64,000 nucleotides of DNA from the NCBI GenBank assembly GCA_964035545.1, contig OZ037767.1, positions 7,084,707-7,148,706 of the forward strand, given 5' to 3'. The notes under the pieces are model-generated. The model did no database searches, was not told where the DNA came from, and was given only the letters and a program-made list of their open reading frames with translations. Source of the DNA: Bugula neritina. Lineage: Eukaryota; Animalia; Bryozoa. Positions 1 to 12,100 of the stretch are shown here, one piece after another; the first letter of the stretch is position 1, and each line of letters opens with the position of its first letter. Made by a program: the position numbers and the translations under genes.

Positions 1-16
1 GGTGAGATGGACTGCT

Positions 17-212
17 AACTCACTCACTTCTCATTCACTTACTTATTCACTCACTCATTCACTAACTCTCTTACTCACTCACTCAGTCACTCACTCACTC
101 ACTCACTCACTCACCCACACACTCACTCGATCACACACTCACTCGATCACACACTCACTCGATCACACACTCACTTATTTACTCATTTTCCTACCCACTC
201 CCTAACTCATTC
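17..212. repeat. Degenerate (ACTC)n microsatellite in glycogen phosphorylase intron 2
   Basis: Repeated actc/tcac tetramers; explains the spurious THSL-rich ORF 2..205. Confidence 0.9.
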
Positions 213-306
213 ACCCATGAGAATATCATTACAAAACAATTAGCTGACTATAGAAACACTTGTTATGCTGTAGATGTGTGGAGAGAAGAAGCTAGCAAGT
301 TCCTAC

Positions 307-1061
307 CTGATACAAGGCTTCATCACACTCACTCTGTATGCCAAGATTAATCATAGTGTTGGACAGACTTCTGCCCATATAGAACTCTAGAGAGAGATAG
401 TACACTCTCTGCAATATATAGTATATAATATAGTATAGTAAGATAATTGTATGTATAATGCAAACTGGTAGCTTAAGCAATTTGTAATATATCTCAAGTG
501 TTTATAGAGGAAATCTGTTCTAAAACAGCATAACACATTTAAACCACAAATTTGAACAATTAGATGATAACAGCAGTCCAAGTTTTGTGCCCTTAAAAGT
601 CAACAGACCGCAACAACTGTTTCAGTGAACATATTATGATGCAGCAGATTGTAAATAGGTGAATGTAGTGAAGGTTAGATTAGTTCTAATCAAATTTATC
701 AAGTAGAAAATATGATAGCATCTATGTGTGTAGCAACATTGACAAAAGTATAAAACATAAATTAATATAAAACAGGGAAAGTGTACAGATATTGGCAAGT
801 GAAATCCTTTACCTTAGGATCAGAATCATAATAGTACTGCTGAGACCGAATCCATCGGCCTACTAAGTGGTCTCGAACTGTGTGAGCCAGAGCAAAGAAA
901 TAGTCTCGTGGGGTAGCGACATTTCTGTCCTTGACTAGTGTGTAGTGTAAGTGCCTGTTGAAGGTTGTCTGCACACTCTTTACATTCCCCAACTGAGCTA
1001 TGCCTCTCACAGAGATTTGCTTTCGCCTTTCATGGTCGGTCTTTGGTTCAGCTGCAGCCAT
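307..1061 (-). CDS. PYG: Glycogen phosphorylase, coding exons 1-2 (gene continues off the left edge)
   Basis: Exon 1 813..1061 ([24 protein letters not shown]...[49 protein letters not shown]) and exon 2 307..408 ([34 protein letters not shown]). GT/AG sites, phase 0. Contains the KQISVRG phosphorylation-site motif of animal phosphorylases. Confidence 0.97.
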
Positions 1062-2209
1062 CTTAAATTAGCGAAAAGCAATTAACACAAATGAGATCGT
1101 CAAAATTGTTATAAATTTTTACTGGGAGGCAGAAACACAGACTTTATCTTCAAAAATACCTTTATGATTATTACAACCTTATAATTATTCACTGCAGGCC
1201 ACTAACTCTAGGACTAACAGTAGCTCTAAGACTAAGTGTAAGTATAAACCTTTATTATTGTTATCAAATTGAATTCAGTTTGAATTTGTTATAAATAATA
1301 AATATAATTAATTTATATACTTATAGTTATAGACTATAGTTATACTTATAGTTATAGTATAAAATTGAATATTTATATTAGTTCAAGTTGTAGCATTACT
1401 CAGTAAATGTAATTTACTGATACTCAGATAAACTTAAAGCAAATAATTAAAAAGTAATAACAGTACTAATAATAATATTAATATTAATAACTAACAGTAA
1501 CACTAATGGCAATAGTAAAATTTCAATTAGTAGATAATCATACTCATAATGATAATCACACTCACTGCTCAGTCTCACATTCACAGTGAATCACTAAATG
1601 GGATAATCATAATCATAATGATAATGATTAGGTTTAACTTCAAGTAATACTAACTTCAAGTAATACTAATAATCAAAATGCAATGTATTTATAAATATTA
1701 AAGATATTTATATTAATCGATTTAAAACTCTCTTAATCACGCGCACCGCAGCTGCAACCCTAGGCTTTTGCCAATAGGAATAAATTAACTGGGAACCTGG
1801 AAGTTGGGAAATAACGTCCGTGCAGAGGCTGCAGCAAAAGCCGGAGCCAAAGGATAGTAAGTAAATGGAATATTATTATATGTTTACTCACGTGGAGATA
1901 GATGAGACAATAATCAAGATCCTAGTGTATATTCGCAAATTATCATCATTATGTGGGTGTTTATTAGGGCTGTATTTTTCTATTACGCGAGCGAATGATA
2001 GCGTTGATATAATTTGGTGCGGCTTTTATGACGTTTTGCAGCAGAAGGTTAAACACTACTACTTCGAATGTTGTTATTGTTGACAACTTGTAGTTGTTTA
2101 CTTGCATACACTGTCAAATGTTTTTTATTGAGACTCTCCAATTAAAAAAAATAACTGAAACATCAAAAATAGTTATTATTATAAGTACTTGTTAATAAAC
2201 TAATATAAA
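1062..2209. promoter_or_regulatory. Probable bidirectional promoter between glycogen phosphorylase and the PTGR2-like gene
   Basis: Divergent ATGs 1.15 kb apart; locally GC/CpG-richer segment at ~1738-2050 inside very AT-rich DNA. Inferred from gene geometry only. Confidence 0.5.
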
Positions 2210-5200
2210 ATGGCATTTTCAATGCCGAATTATAACAATTTTCATATAGCTTTGACCTCCAGACCTAAAGGTAAAGCCTTAATTTTATATAGTAATGTAA
2301 TTAAACTAATATTATTAACTAAAAAGTTTAGCATTTTTATAAAAGTTTTGAACTGCATCAGTTTATAATTCTATCAAAACTTTATTAATCTCCCGCATAA
2401 TATTTGCTTCAAGTTTAAGTAGTAGCATTAGCAGTAGTACTAGTACTTCCTAGTTTTGCATTAAAATATCAGGCTAAAATTAAATGTGTCAATCTCTGTT
2501 TATTTTAATTTTCATCTCTAAGGTATGCATTGCATACAATATTTGTTAACTGGTATATGACCAGAAAGACAATTTTATTGTGCATACAAAAGAAGTTGCA
2601 TGATAGACTAGACATGCACTGAAAAGTAAATCTATCTACAGCCTATAACGAACATAGATCAGTATAAACAAAAAGCACTTCTACTTCTGTGGTCAACACT
2701 AAATTTCTTCTAGTTTTTCTATTATGATTATAGTTTCATTGAATGGTTTCTGTAGTTAAACAGAAAATTCTGGAACTATACTCTTCCAAAAGGGAAAACC
2801 TACTTAGAACTAACATATTATGTTTTCAGGTAGCAAAAGTATAATCGAACAGTTTAATTTGTTAGCAGGAAAAAATAGTATAGGATAGATAATAAAATGT
2901 ATGAATAGCAGAGGAATTATGCAAGATAACATCAAATCCAATGAGAACGGTTGATATAAGCAACAGGGAAACAGCTTGGTATTTCTTTCAGACTTGAGGC
3001 TATAACAAAGTGAACAATCGATAGTCACATGTTTTGATTTCACTTACATTTCTTCCAGATTTATCTGAAATTCCTCAACCAACCTCCTTTACCTATGCAA
3101 GTTGTGATTATCCAAAATGTTCTGAACATGATGTCATCATTAAAACACTGTATATCTGCATTGATCCTGCTTTGGTCTGTATGGCCCTCATCCACTTAAT
3201 ACATCATAATAATTACACAATTATTAAAAGTTAGCCTTCTGTCCTTATGAACTGGTTGTTATTTACTTTTAAAGAGATGCCGAATGAATAATAACAATGG
3301 TGCACATAATATGGACCCATGGCCTCTCAACCAAGCTGTCGAAGGACTTGGAGGTGTTGGGGTGGTAGTAGAAAGCAAAACTGATCATTTCCAGATTGGA
3401 AGCGTAGTTGAGGCTATGTTTGGTTGGCCATGGAAACTCTTCTTTTCTGTCAACGAATGTGAACCATCATTGAAGTTTTGTATTCGAAAGGTATATATTA
3501 ATCAATATAGACTTTCAGCATCGTTAAAAAATTAGAGAAAATATATACATATATGAAATATAACATATACTGTTGAGTAAAATAGATTTAGTTGTTCTGT
3601 TTGAAAATCAATTTGTATAAAACTGGGCATATAATTTACCAAAGTCTGTTGTTTATATATCATATGTAACGTCAGGTAACAGCAACAAACTATAGAATAG
3701 ATAATTTTACACATTTTGTAGGTAAATGAGAACTACTTGAGAAGGTCGTGGATCAGCTTACCTCTCAGCTGTCTGGGGATGGTTGGTATCACATCTGTTA
3801 TCAGTGTGGAAGAAGTAGGGAGACCCTTGCCAGGAGATGCTTGTGTCATCACAGATGCTATTGGTGGTTACGGCAGCATCGCTGGACAAGTGAGAGCCAA
3901 AGTTACCAAATATATTATTAAGAATTTATGTGGTCTAGTTTTGTTTTTAGAAAAATTTAATTTAATTACTGATATAAAAAAATTTCTTAGATTTTCTAAT
4001 TGATGAACAGTGCGTAGATATTCCTGTTATATTCTGGACAGCAAATGACGCATAACCTGCTCCAGAACAAGTCACACACACACGCACAGACACAGACACA
4101 CACACACACACGCACAGACACACGCACAGACACACACACGCACAAACACACACACACACACGCACAGACACACACACTCGCACACACACACACACATGAT
4201 AGAAACATACATACATTATATACGTGCACGCACACACGCACACACGCGCACATGCACACATAACAGCTAATGTTTGTTTACAGGTTGCTAGGATACTGGG
4301 TTGCTCTCCTGTTGTGGGAATCTGCAGCTCAGAGGAAGAGTGCAATTTTGCTGTTTCTAAGTTCAAGTTCTCTGCTGCTCTGAATAAGAACAGTAAAACA
4401 TTTAGTCAGGATCTAAGAGCAGTGTGTCCAGGTGGAGTAAATATCTTTATTGATAACAGTGGTGGTGACATTAGTGACGCCATTATTCTTCAGGTAATTA
4501 TCATTAAGATTATAAGTAGACTTTATACATATAAGCATTATTATATGGTGTGTATGCATTTGTTTTGTATGGCTAAAGAGAGTAACTTATCAGCAATTGC
4601 AGACATCTAACATTTTTTTGAAAAAATATAGCTGTGAAAGTCACATCAGTAACTTTTAGTCAAGATTTCATGTGCCAGTTTGCCTTGATAGTGCATCATA
4701 ATATGCTACTTTCTACCGTAAGTTCAAAAGCATGCAAATAGAACTCTTAGTCACTTTGCCGATATATTATTGCAATATTGATATTGTTGGCATTTTATGA
4801 CTTCTTGTGTAAACTTTCTATTGATAAGTTTAACGAATATGCAGATGAAGAGTAAAGGCCGAGTGGTTGTTTATGATCAAACTTCCCCCTACAATGCTGG
4901 TGATGAAGAGTTATCTTTCCCTGTACTGAGTGATGCCGCTGATATGCATATTGATATGAATGAAATCACAAGGTTAGTACTGACAGCTTAAAGCAAGCAG
5001 CGTGAATTATAGTAAAGTGTTGTACTTGCAGTATGCAAGTGTTACAATTATTAAATTTTTGTGATGCAATAATATACAACAAATGACCAACTTATTTATA
5101 CCAATCCTATTAATGCAAATTCAAATTAATTCAATGGTTTATAGTAAATTGGCAATAGCAGCTAAGCTTCTATATATTTTGAAATACTAAAGTTACCAAT

Positions 5201-5556
5201 CTGTGTATTTTGTTTAATTTGAAAAAGTGCTTCAGCTTATATACTGTAGTACATTAAAATGTTTTATTAAAGTTTTGTCAGTTTTCCCGACATGTGTGTA
5301 AGGTGGTGGCTGGTTAGTAGAGCGTTACTGAATAATTGTGACAAAATTAGTATATTTTTTGCAGGAAAAAGTTTTTTCCCCTTGCACATAATGACCAGAG
5401 GCAGTGGGAGACGGCTTTAAATAAACTGGAGCGGTGGATACTGGATGGCAAATTAATTGTAAGCTATGTGATATTCTGTGTATACTTATTATATGATATA
5501 GACCAGTCACTAGTATAATGTATGTATGCATATATACACACTACACACACACACAT

Positions 5557-5644
<88 letters not shown>

Positions 5645-7740
5645 AATAGGTATACGAGAAACATTGTTATTTATTACTTTATTAGGTAAAGTAATTACAC
5701 TGATATTTCGGGTACCACTGTACCCATCTTCAGAGTAGCAATGAATGAAATTCAAAAATTATTATGTTATGTTAGACGTTATGCATGACACAAAGAATAG
5801 AGAGTGGCAGTTATCGTAAATTATTGAAACTTAAGGGAGATAATCTTATTTTATATATTACGCAGGTCAAAAATTATACTGATTTTTTTGCATAAAAAAT
5901 AAATTAGAGTTGACAAAAAAAATAGATATCCAAATATAAAAACAGCAAGAATTAGTGAAACTATGTTGTTTCCCTCTTTACTTCTGTACCACTTGACTAC
6001 ACGATTTCAGCAATCATAAATGATATTTATGAGAAACAACGAATCCAAACAACTATACCAAAGAAGAAAATGATAAACTTACTCAACCTTTGTACAAAAC
6101 AAGTTCACTTTACTTTCAACGACATCATTTATACACAGACGGATGGTGTTGCTATGGGATTTCCTCTAGGACCAATAATTGCGAATATATTCATGACAAA
6201 ACTAGAACAGAAAGTAATACCAAAGTTGAATTCAATGTCACCTTGGGTGAGATACATAGATGACACATTTGCAACAATAGACCCTGATTATATTAACACA
6301 ACACTCAACACACTTAATAATTTTCATCCTAACATAAAATTTACTCACGAACTAGAAACCAATAAATCACTTTCTTTTCTGGATGTTACAGTTTTGCGAC
6401 ACAATAGCTCAGTGGAAACCACAGTATTCCGCAAACCAACACATAACGATACATATTTACATTGGAACTCTTTCTCACTAAAAACGTGGAAGCTAAGCAC
6501 ACTCAAGTCACTAGTATTAAGGGCTAATAAAATCTGTTCTACTCCAGCACTTAAGACCCAAGAACTAAACTATATTCGAAATGTTTTTGAACATAAAAAT
6601 GGTTACCCTAAATATCTAATAGAGAAAACTATTAACAACATTGGTGACGGACTACTCAGTGAAAAAGACAACAGGAAACACATTTTACTTCAGCTGCCTT
6701 ATAAAGGAGTAACAGGAGAAAAACTAATCCGCTCCCTCAATAAATTAATTACAGACTCTTTTTCAAATGAACTCAATGCCCGGATTTTATTTAAAGGAAC
6801 CCCCTTAAGTTCACATTTTAATCTCAAAGATAAAACCAATAAAGAACACATTCACAACCTATAGTCTACAAAATAACCTGCCCTGAAGCTAACTGTCAAC
6901 AAACATATGTAGGCGAAACCGGACGTCACCTATCACACAGGATACATGAACACTGCCATGACATCAATTCCAAAATTTATCAACACATCTCTACTACTAA
7001 TCATGGAAACATATCAATAGACAATGTAACAGTTTTAAATCATTCATTTAAAGGAATCCATCATCGAAAAGTAGCCGAAGCTCTCTACATTAAACAAATA
7101 AAACCGCAACTCAATAAACAAAATTACTCCATACCACTAAAACTATATCAATAGCTCCACACTACTCAACTCTCACATAGTTTCACTAATTCTTGCTGTT
7201 TTTATATTTGGATATCTATTTTTTTTTGTCAACTCTAATTTATTTTTTATGCAAAAAATCAGTATAATTTTTGACCTGCGTAATATATAAAATAAGATTA
7301 TCTCCCTTAAGTTTCAATAATTTACGATAACTGCCACTCTCTATTCTTTGTGTCGTGCATAACGTCTAACATAACATAATAATTTTTGAATTTCATTCAT
7401 TGTTACTCTGAAGATGGGTACAGTGGTGCCCGAAATATCAGTGTAATTACTTTACCTAATAAAGTAATAAATAACAATGTTTCTCGTATACCTATTTATA
7501 ATCAAATTGCTAGCTCGTAAAGATATATTTAAATATATATATATATATATCTTATAGTTATCTAGTTATCATACCATGACTACTTACACAGTGTTTTGTC
7601 TTCAGGTAAAAGAATCAACCTACTGTGGCCTAGAAAAGGTGGGCCTAGCATTCAGTGATATGATGAGTGGAAGAAATATTGGTACTACAATCGTGAAAGT
7701 ATCTGAAAGAGCCAATGAAGTCTCTGGTATTCAACTATAA
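2210..7740 (+). CDS. PTGR2: Prostaglandin reductase 2-like (MDR/LTB4DH family), 8 coding exons
   Basis: Exons 2210-2270, 3059-3174, 3275-3490, 3722-3889, 4284-4493, 4845-4972, 5365-5458, 7606-7740, all GT/AG and phase-consistent. Motifs [83 protein letters not shown] are collinear with PTGR2. Confidence 0.9.
4073..4260. repeat. Compound (CA)n/(CACG/CAGA) microsatellite
   Basis: Directly visible; intron 4 of the PTGR2-like gene. Confidence 0.95.
5535..5640. repeat. (CA)n(TA)n microsatellite, insertion target of the Penelope element
   Basis: Directly visible; a second (TA)n tract resumes at ~7533-7550 on the far side of the element. Confidence 0.95.
5695..5739 (-). ncRNA. Minimal type-I hammerhead ribozyme (left pLTR copy)
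   Basis: Minus strand reads act-CTGAAGA-T-GGGTAC-agtg-GTACCC-GAAA-TA-TC-agt: conserved core, 6-bp stem II, palindromic ATAT in place of stem III. Confidence 0.8.
5965..7154 (+). pseudogene. Penelope RT (C-terminal half) plus GIY-YIG endonuclease, frameshifted near 6860
   Basis: [55 protein letters not shown]; after a frameshift [31 protein letters not shown]...[19 protein letters not shown] to TAG 7152-7154. Confidence 0.92.
7402..7446 (+). ncRNA. Minimal type-I hammerhead ribozyme (right pLTR copy)
   Basis: act(7405)-CTGAAGA(7408-7414)-T-GGGTAC-agtg-GTGCCC-GAAA(7432-7435)-TATC-agt; predicted cleavage after AUC at 7439. Confidence 0.8.
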
Positions 7741-9154
7741 CTACATATTATGGTTGTTGTGGAGATATCAAGTTGATGGCTGCCAGACCGTACAGCCTTC
7801 TCTGTTGATCACACATCAATTTACATATTGACATATTTTGTGTAGTTTCAAATATACAAATTGCCTGTTGTTTGTCTTAAATGCAGTTCATTTTATGTCT
7901 GCATGCTTTGGACATTTAAATGCGGTGTTAAAGTCTTATCTATTTGAGTCATAATATCTGCAATAAATTCAGTGATAAAATATATTCATAAATTAGCAGT
8001 TAATTGCATTCAGGAATAGAAGACAGTTATGATATATTGTAAAGATATAAAATAATATCTTTCCATAGATATGGAATCAGACTGTGCTCAGGCATCAAAC
8101 TAAAATACATAATATGTAGGTAGCGATTTTTGTATATACACATTACTATGCTTCCATGTGCCTAAAATAACTCAATAGAAATATAGCATAAAAAGAAAAC
8201 AACCAATCACACCAAGTTGAAAAATCTCTGCATAATATTCCGATTGCTATTCTTTAATGTCTGTGATATGTAATCAATCAACATTAAGTTGCATACTTTA
8301 AAAATTGAAAGTTATTCTTTCTACAACTATATGATGCAACAAGTGGAAAGAACCAGGTGTCCATTATTGTGTAACATTTCACTTGATCCAAAACTGCATA
8401 AATATACAACACTGATTATAACATAGAACAACTGAAAAACTTTATTTTCACCAGCAGATAGCCATAAGGCAAATTGGTTTATCTTAGAAACGAACAAATA
8501 ATTATTTGGTCCTCAAAAGTTCATATGTCCGTAGCAAAAATTTGAAATTAAGAGTTACTCAGAAATCAAAATGTACCCGGCCAAACAAGAGATTTAGGCA
8601 TATAATGTACATATTATGAAAATTTATTTATTTTGAGTTACAAGAAAACTAGCTGAAAAAAATGCATGCAGATGATTTTTCCGAGAGCCTTGATCTTACG
8701 CTGAAAAATTACTGATCTACGAACCCATGAAACAATTATTTAAAACAAACCCTTTCAAAAATATATTGACAAGCATATCAGTTCAATCATATAGGTTTAT
8801 TGAATGCATAGAAATTGAATGAAAATGACAAAGCATACCACAAGCAAATTTGAATATGCTGCTAATTGAACAATACCAAATAAAAAATTCTCAGAAATTT
8901 CTTGTGATTAAACACTCACACCCAGATCTACATATAATAACTTTGATTTTAAAAACATGACTAAAAACACTGTAAAAAATGTAGTCGTAACTTAAATAAT
9001 TAGCTTAAAGAATGTGGCCACCATTGGCATTTGGAAATATAAAAATAACATTATAACTGGTCGTCTTCGCTGAATGCATAGCCATACTTGGGGAGACAGG
9101 ATGGAATCCTTTGTCTAAATACACTATATCTCAAATAATACTACGGATAAATAA

Positions 9155-12100
9155 TCAAGATCTGCCGGAGAGGTAATTGACATCACAGACCACCATCTTG
9201 TCAACAATTGAACCAATCAGAAGCTTCCTATTAGTATATATGGCTACAGAAGATGCCTGAATGAGTGACGTATCATCAACAAATACGGATTCTACTTCAG
9301 CTACTCCAGTTGGATCCTTCACTCTAATCACCTAAAATGTTTATAATCAGAAAATAATTCAACACCATGTAGGCCTAAACAAAATTTAATTTGCTGATTG
9401 AAAAACTTGCTTTGCATTCTAAACTTAGTAGTCAGTTCTCAAACATTACACATATAAATGAATCAAATATAGTCTTATATATAAATAAAAAAAGTATAAA
9501 TATACATGTTTTTAGATGTAACACAAAGTATCGATGATGTACTGAAATACTTACAGTAGATGAGCACTTTAAGTGAAGGAAATCAGTAAAATATTGTACA
9601 ACTTCTGCTACACGTGGCTGACAACCAACCCAAAGGTTACCATCACCATCTAACTTTAAATTATCCACACTGCCAATATGAATTGGTATAGTCTACAAAA
9701 AGAGGAGTTAAATATATATTGACTTATATTCAGTGCAGCATAACAATGAACTGTTAAGGATAGGCATGCAAATTATCTAACATACATACATAGTGAAACA
9801 AATATTTGAAACGCTATAAAAAGAGCATAGAAAAAAAAATACTGGCCAATACTTAAACTGACGAGAACATAACTAACTACAAATAAAAAAGACTCAACAC
9901 AAGCAATGGCTCTTTTCAATCAATATAATTATATTGGAGTTGAAAAACAGGAGTAACACTGTAACTACCAAATATTAAGGAAAGTTGATGTAGAAGTTAA
10001 CAATAAAAATATAAAGCATACATGCCTCACCCTGAAAAAGTCGATACAGTTTTTTGTTTTAAAAATACCTGAATAATTTTCTTTACATTTGAAATACTAC
10101 AAATAGCAACTATTCAAAATTTCTTATCAAATGAAATTTTAATTTATTATATTCAATGTCAATTTATAGGTAAATAATTTACCTTGAATTTCCTAAAAGA
10201 GTAGTCTAAGTTCTTAGTGTACACCTGAACTCCATCTTTGGAAGCCACATACACATACCTAAGCAATATAGTCGAGAAAACTGAGTCTACATGTTACAGA
10301 ATGGCACATTCATACTAACCAGGTCATTGTTAGTACCAGCAGAGTTATATATCTATAGTTCTATCAAATACACTTTATCTCAAATCATGAGTCTTGAATT
10401 GGCTAATGTGTATTATACATTTTATAACATAATTATTACATATATAATGATAATTACTTTCGAAATGAATGAGAAAAAAATAAAAAGAAACAAAAGCTTT
10501 TTTAATGTTTGTGGCAAAACCTGCAGCACATCTTCATAAACTCGAAGTATTCCACTAGAAACTAGTGAATTCGCTACAACTTACTTGTCAGTGCCAACAA
10601 TGCCATTGGCTAGAAATAGGCCAGTAGTAGCAGTAATCCTGTGGGTACCTTCGACATATACAACATTAGCCCAGGGTAAGTACAGTACTGTCTCTAGAGC
10701 CGTCATGAATGGCTGAACCTGGTGTCTGGCGTGGAAGATATTTGTCACGTAGAAACTGTCTTCTGAGGTCACAAATATGCCATTTAGACTAAAACCAAAA
10801 CCAGTTGATTTTAAAAATGAATTAAATTTTGCAATTAATTAGCAATAAAAGTATTTATAATGCATCATGCTAAACACTTTTGAGTTGTGCATAAAAACAG
10901 TTATATTATATTCAAAACTATAACTATAAGTAACCTTAAATATTAATAATGCTACTAAATAGGCTAGTAAAAGTGAAATAATTTTCATAAATAATCAAAC
11001 TTAGAGTTTGACTCTTATTGTAAAAGATAAGTCATACTTCCTAAATAGTTGCTTATCTTCGTAGACTTTTGACAAAGTGAGGGTTTTTCTGCCGTCATAT
11101 GTGAATCTAGCAACCATTTCCGGCATGTGTAGGATAACAAAAACAGATACAGATTCTAAAATGTATAAGAACATTTACTATGATATATTAGAAAATTGCA
11201 GGAGTTGAAAAAGAGTTTTCAAGAGAAAATAATCACCTCTAACCCTACATCAGTGTGAAAAAGATGAGTTACGATTTATAAATCTTTTCAAGTTTTAAAA
11301 TACTTTGCCCAATATTTTAAAAAGAAGTTGCATAACTTTGGTCGGAATAATTTTGTTTCTCTTTTATAAGAGAATAGCAAAAGTTTTATAGATCATAAGC
11401 AAAATCATCTGGAAACGTGTAGAAACTTGAGATAGCAAGCAAAATGCATGTTTATTAACAGCTAAAAATAAAACAGTGATAATGCATTTGGTCAGAAATA
11501 TTTTATTTATGTAAAAACACCAATTTTTAATTCTTCTTTCTTTTTCGAGCAACTAGAATTAAAACTAATCTCAAAAACAGCACAGCAAAAGCAACAAGAA
11601 AATAAGAATATGTGGCTAACAAAGTGAAAATAAAACCCACTGTTTTGGTGCTCCCAATAATGAATACCATGCGGTTCGAAATGGGCATTTTCTGGCCAGC
11701 CCACAACTTCCAGCTTCTCTACAGATGTGAAGCTCTTAGTTGTATCCATGATGTAAATGATTCCCTTAGCTTGGGACTTTGAGTAATCAAAATTGGGTTG
11801 CAGCCCAAACATTCCCTGAAACAATGTGGAGGTATTTTACATAAATACAAGTTTATATCTTTTAATTTAAAGATGCTGACCATATCGTTTTAAAACTGCA
11901 GCAACACCAGAAAATCTTTTTTCATGCTTGCAACTTGTTCCGCACAAAAAAGCTTCTGATTATTAAATTAGTAACTTGCTTACACAAGAATATAAATTAT
12001 TACATAGGAGTAAAAAATTATAGAACACGTGAAAGTTTGTGACAAGATCTTCATTTCTGCAAGTTGAAGTTTTGTCAGGTGAGAATGAAAATATGATGTT

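Larger units (their letters stand above)
5641..7532 (+). mobile_element. Penelope-like retroelement, 5'-truncated, with inverted pseudo-LTRs
   Basis: 5641..5966 is the reverse complement of 7175..7500 (326 bp, 3 substitutions and 2 homopolymer indels by eye); ~30-bp tail 7501..7532; internal RT plus GIY-YIG ORF; inserted in a (TA)n tract. Confidence 0.93.

Noticed and set aside
3962-4366. Cys/Val-, His/Thr- or Tyr/Ile-rich ORFs (also 2..205, 5510..5755, 17310..17549, 38921..39233)
   Set aside because: Translations of microsatellites.
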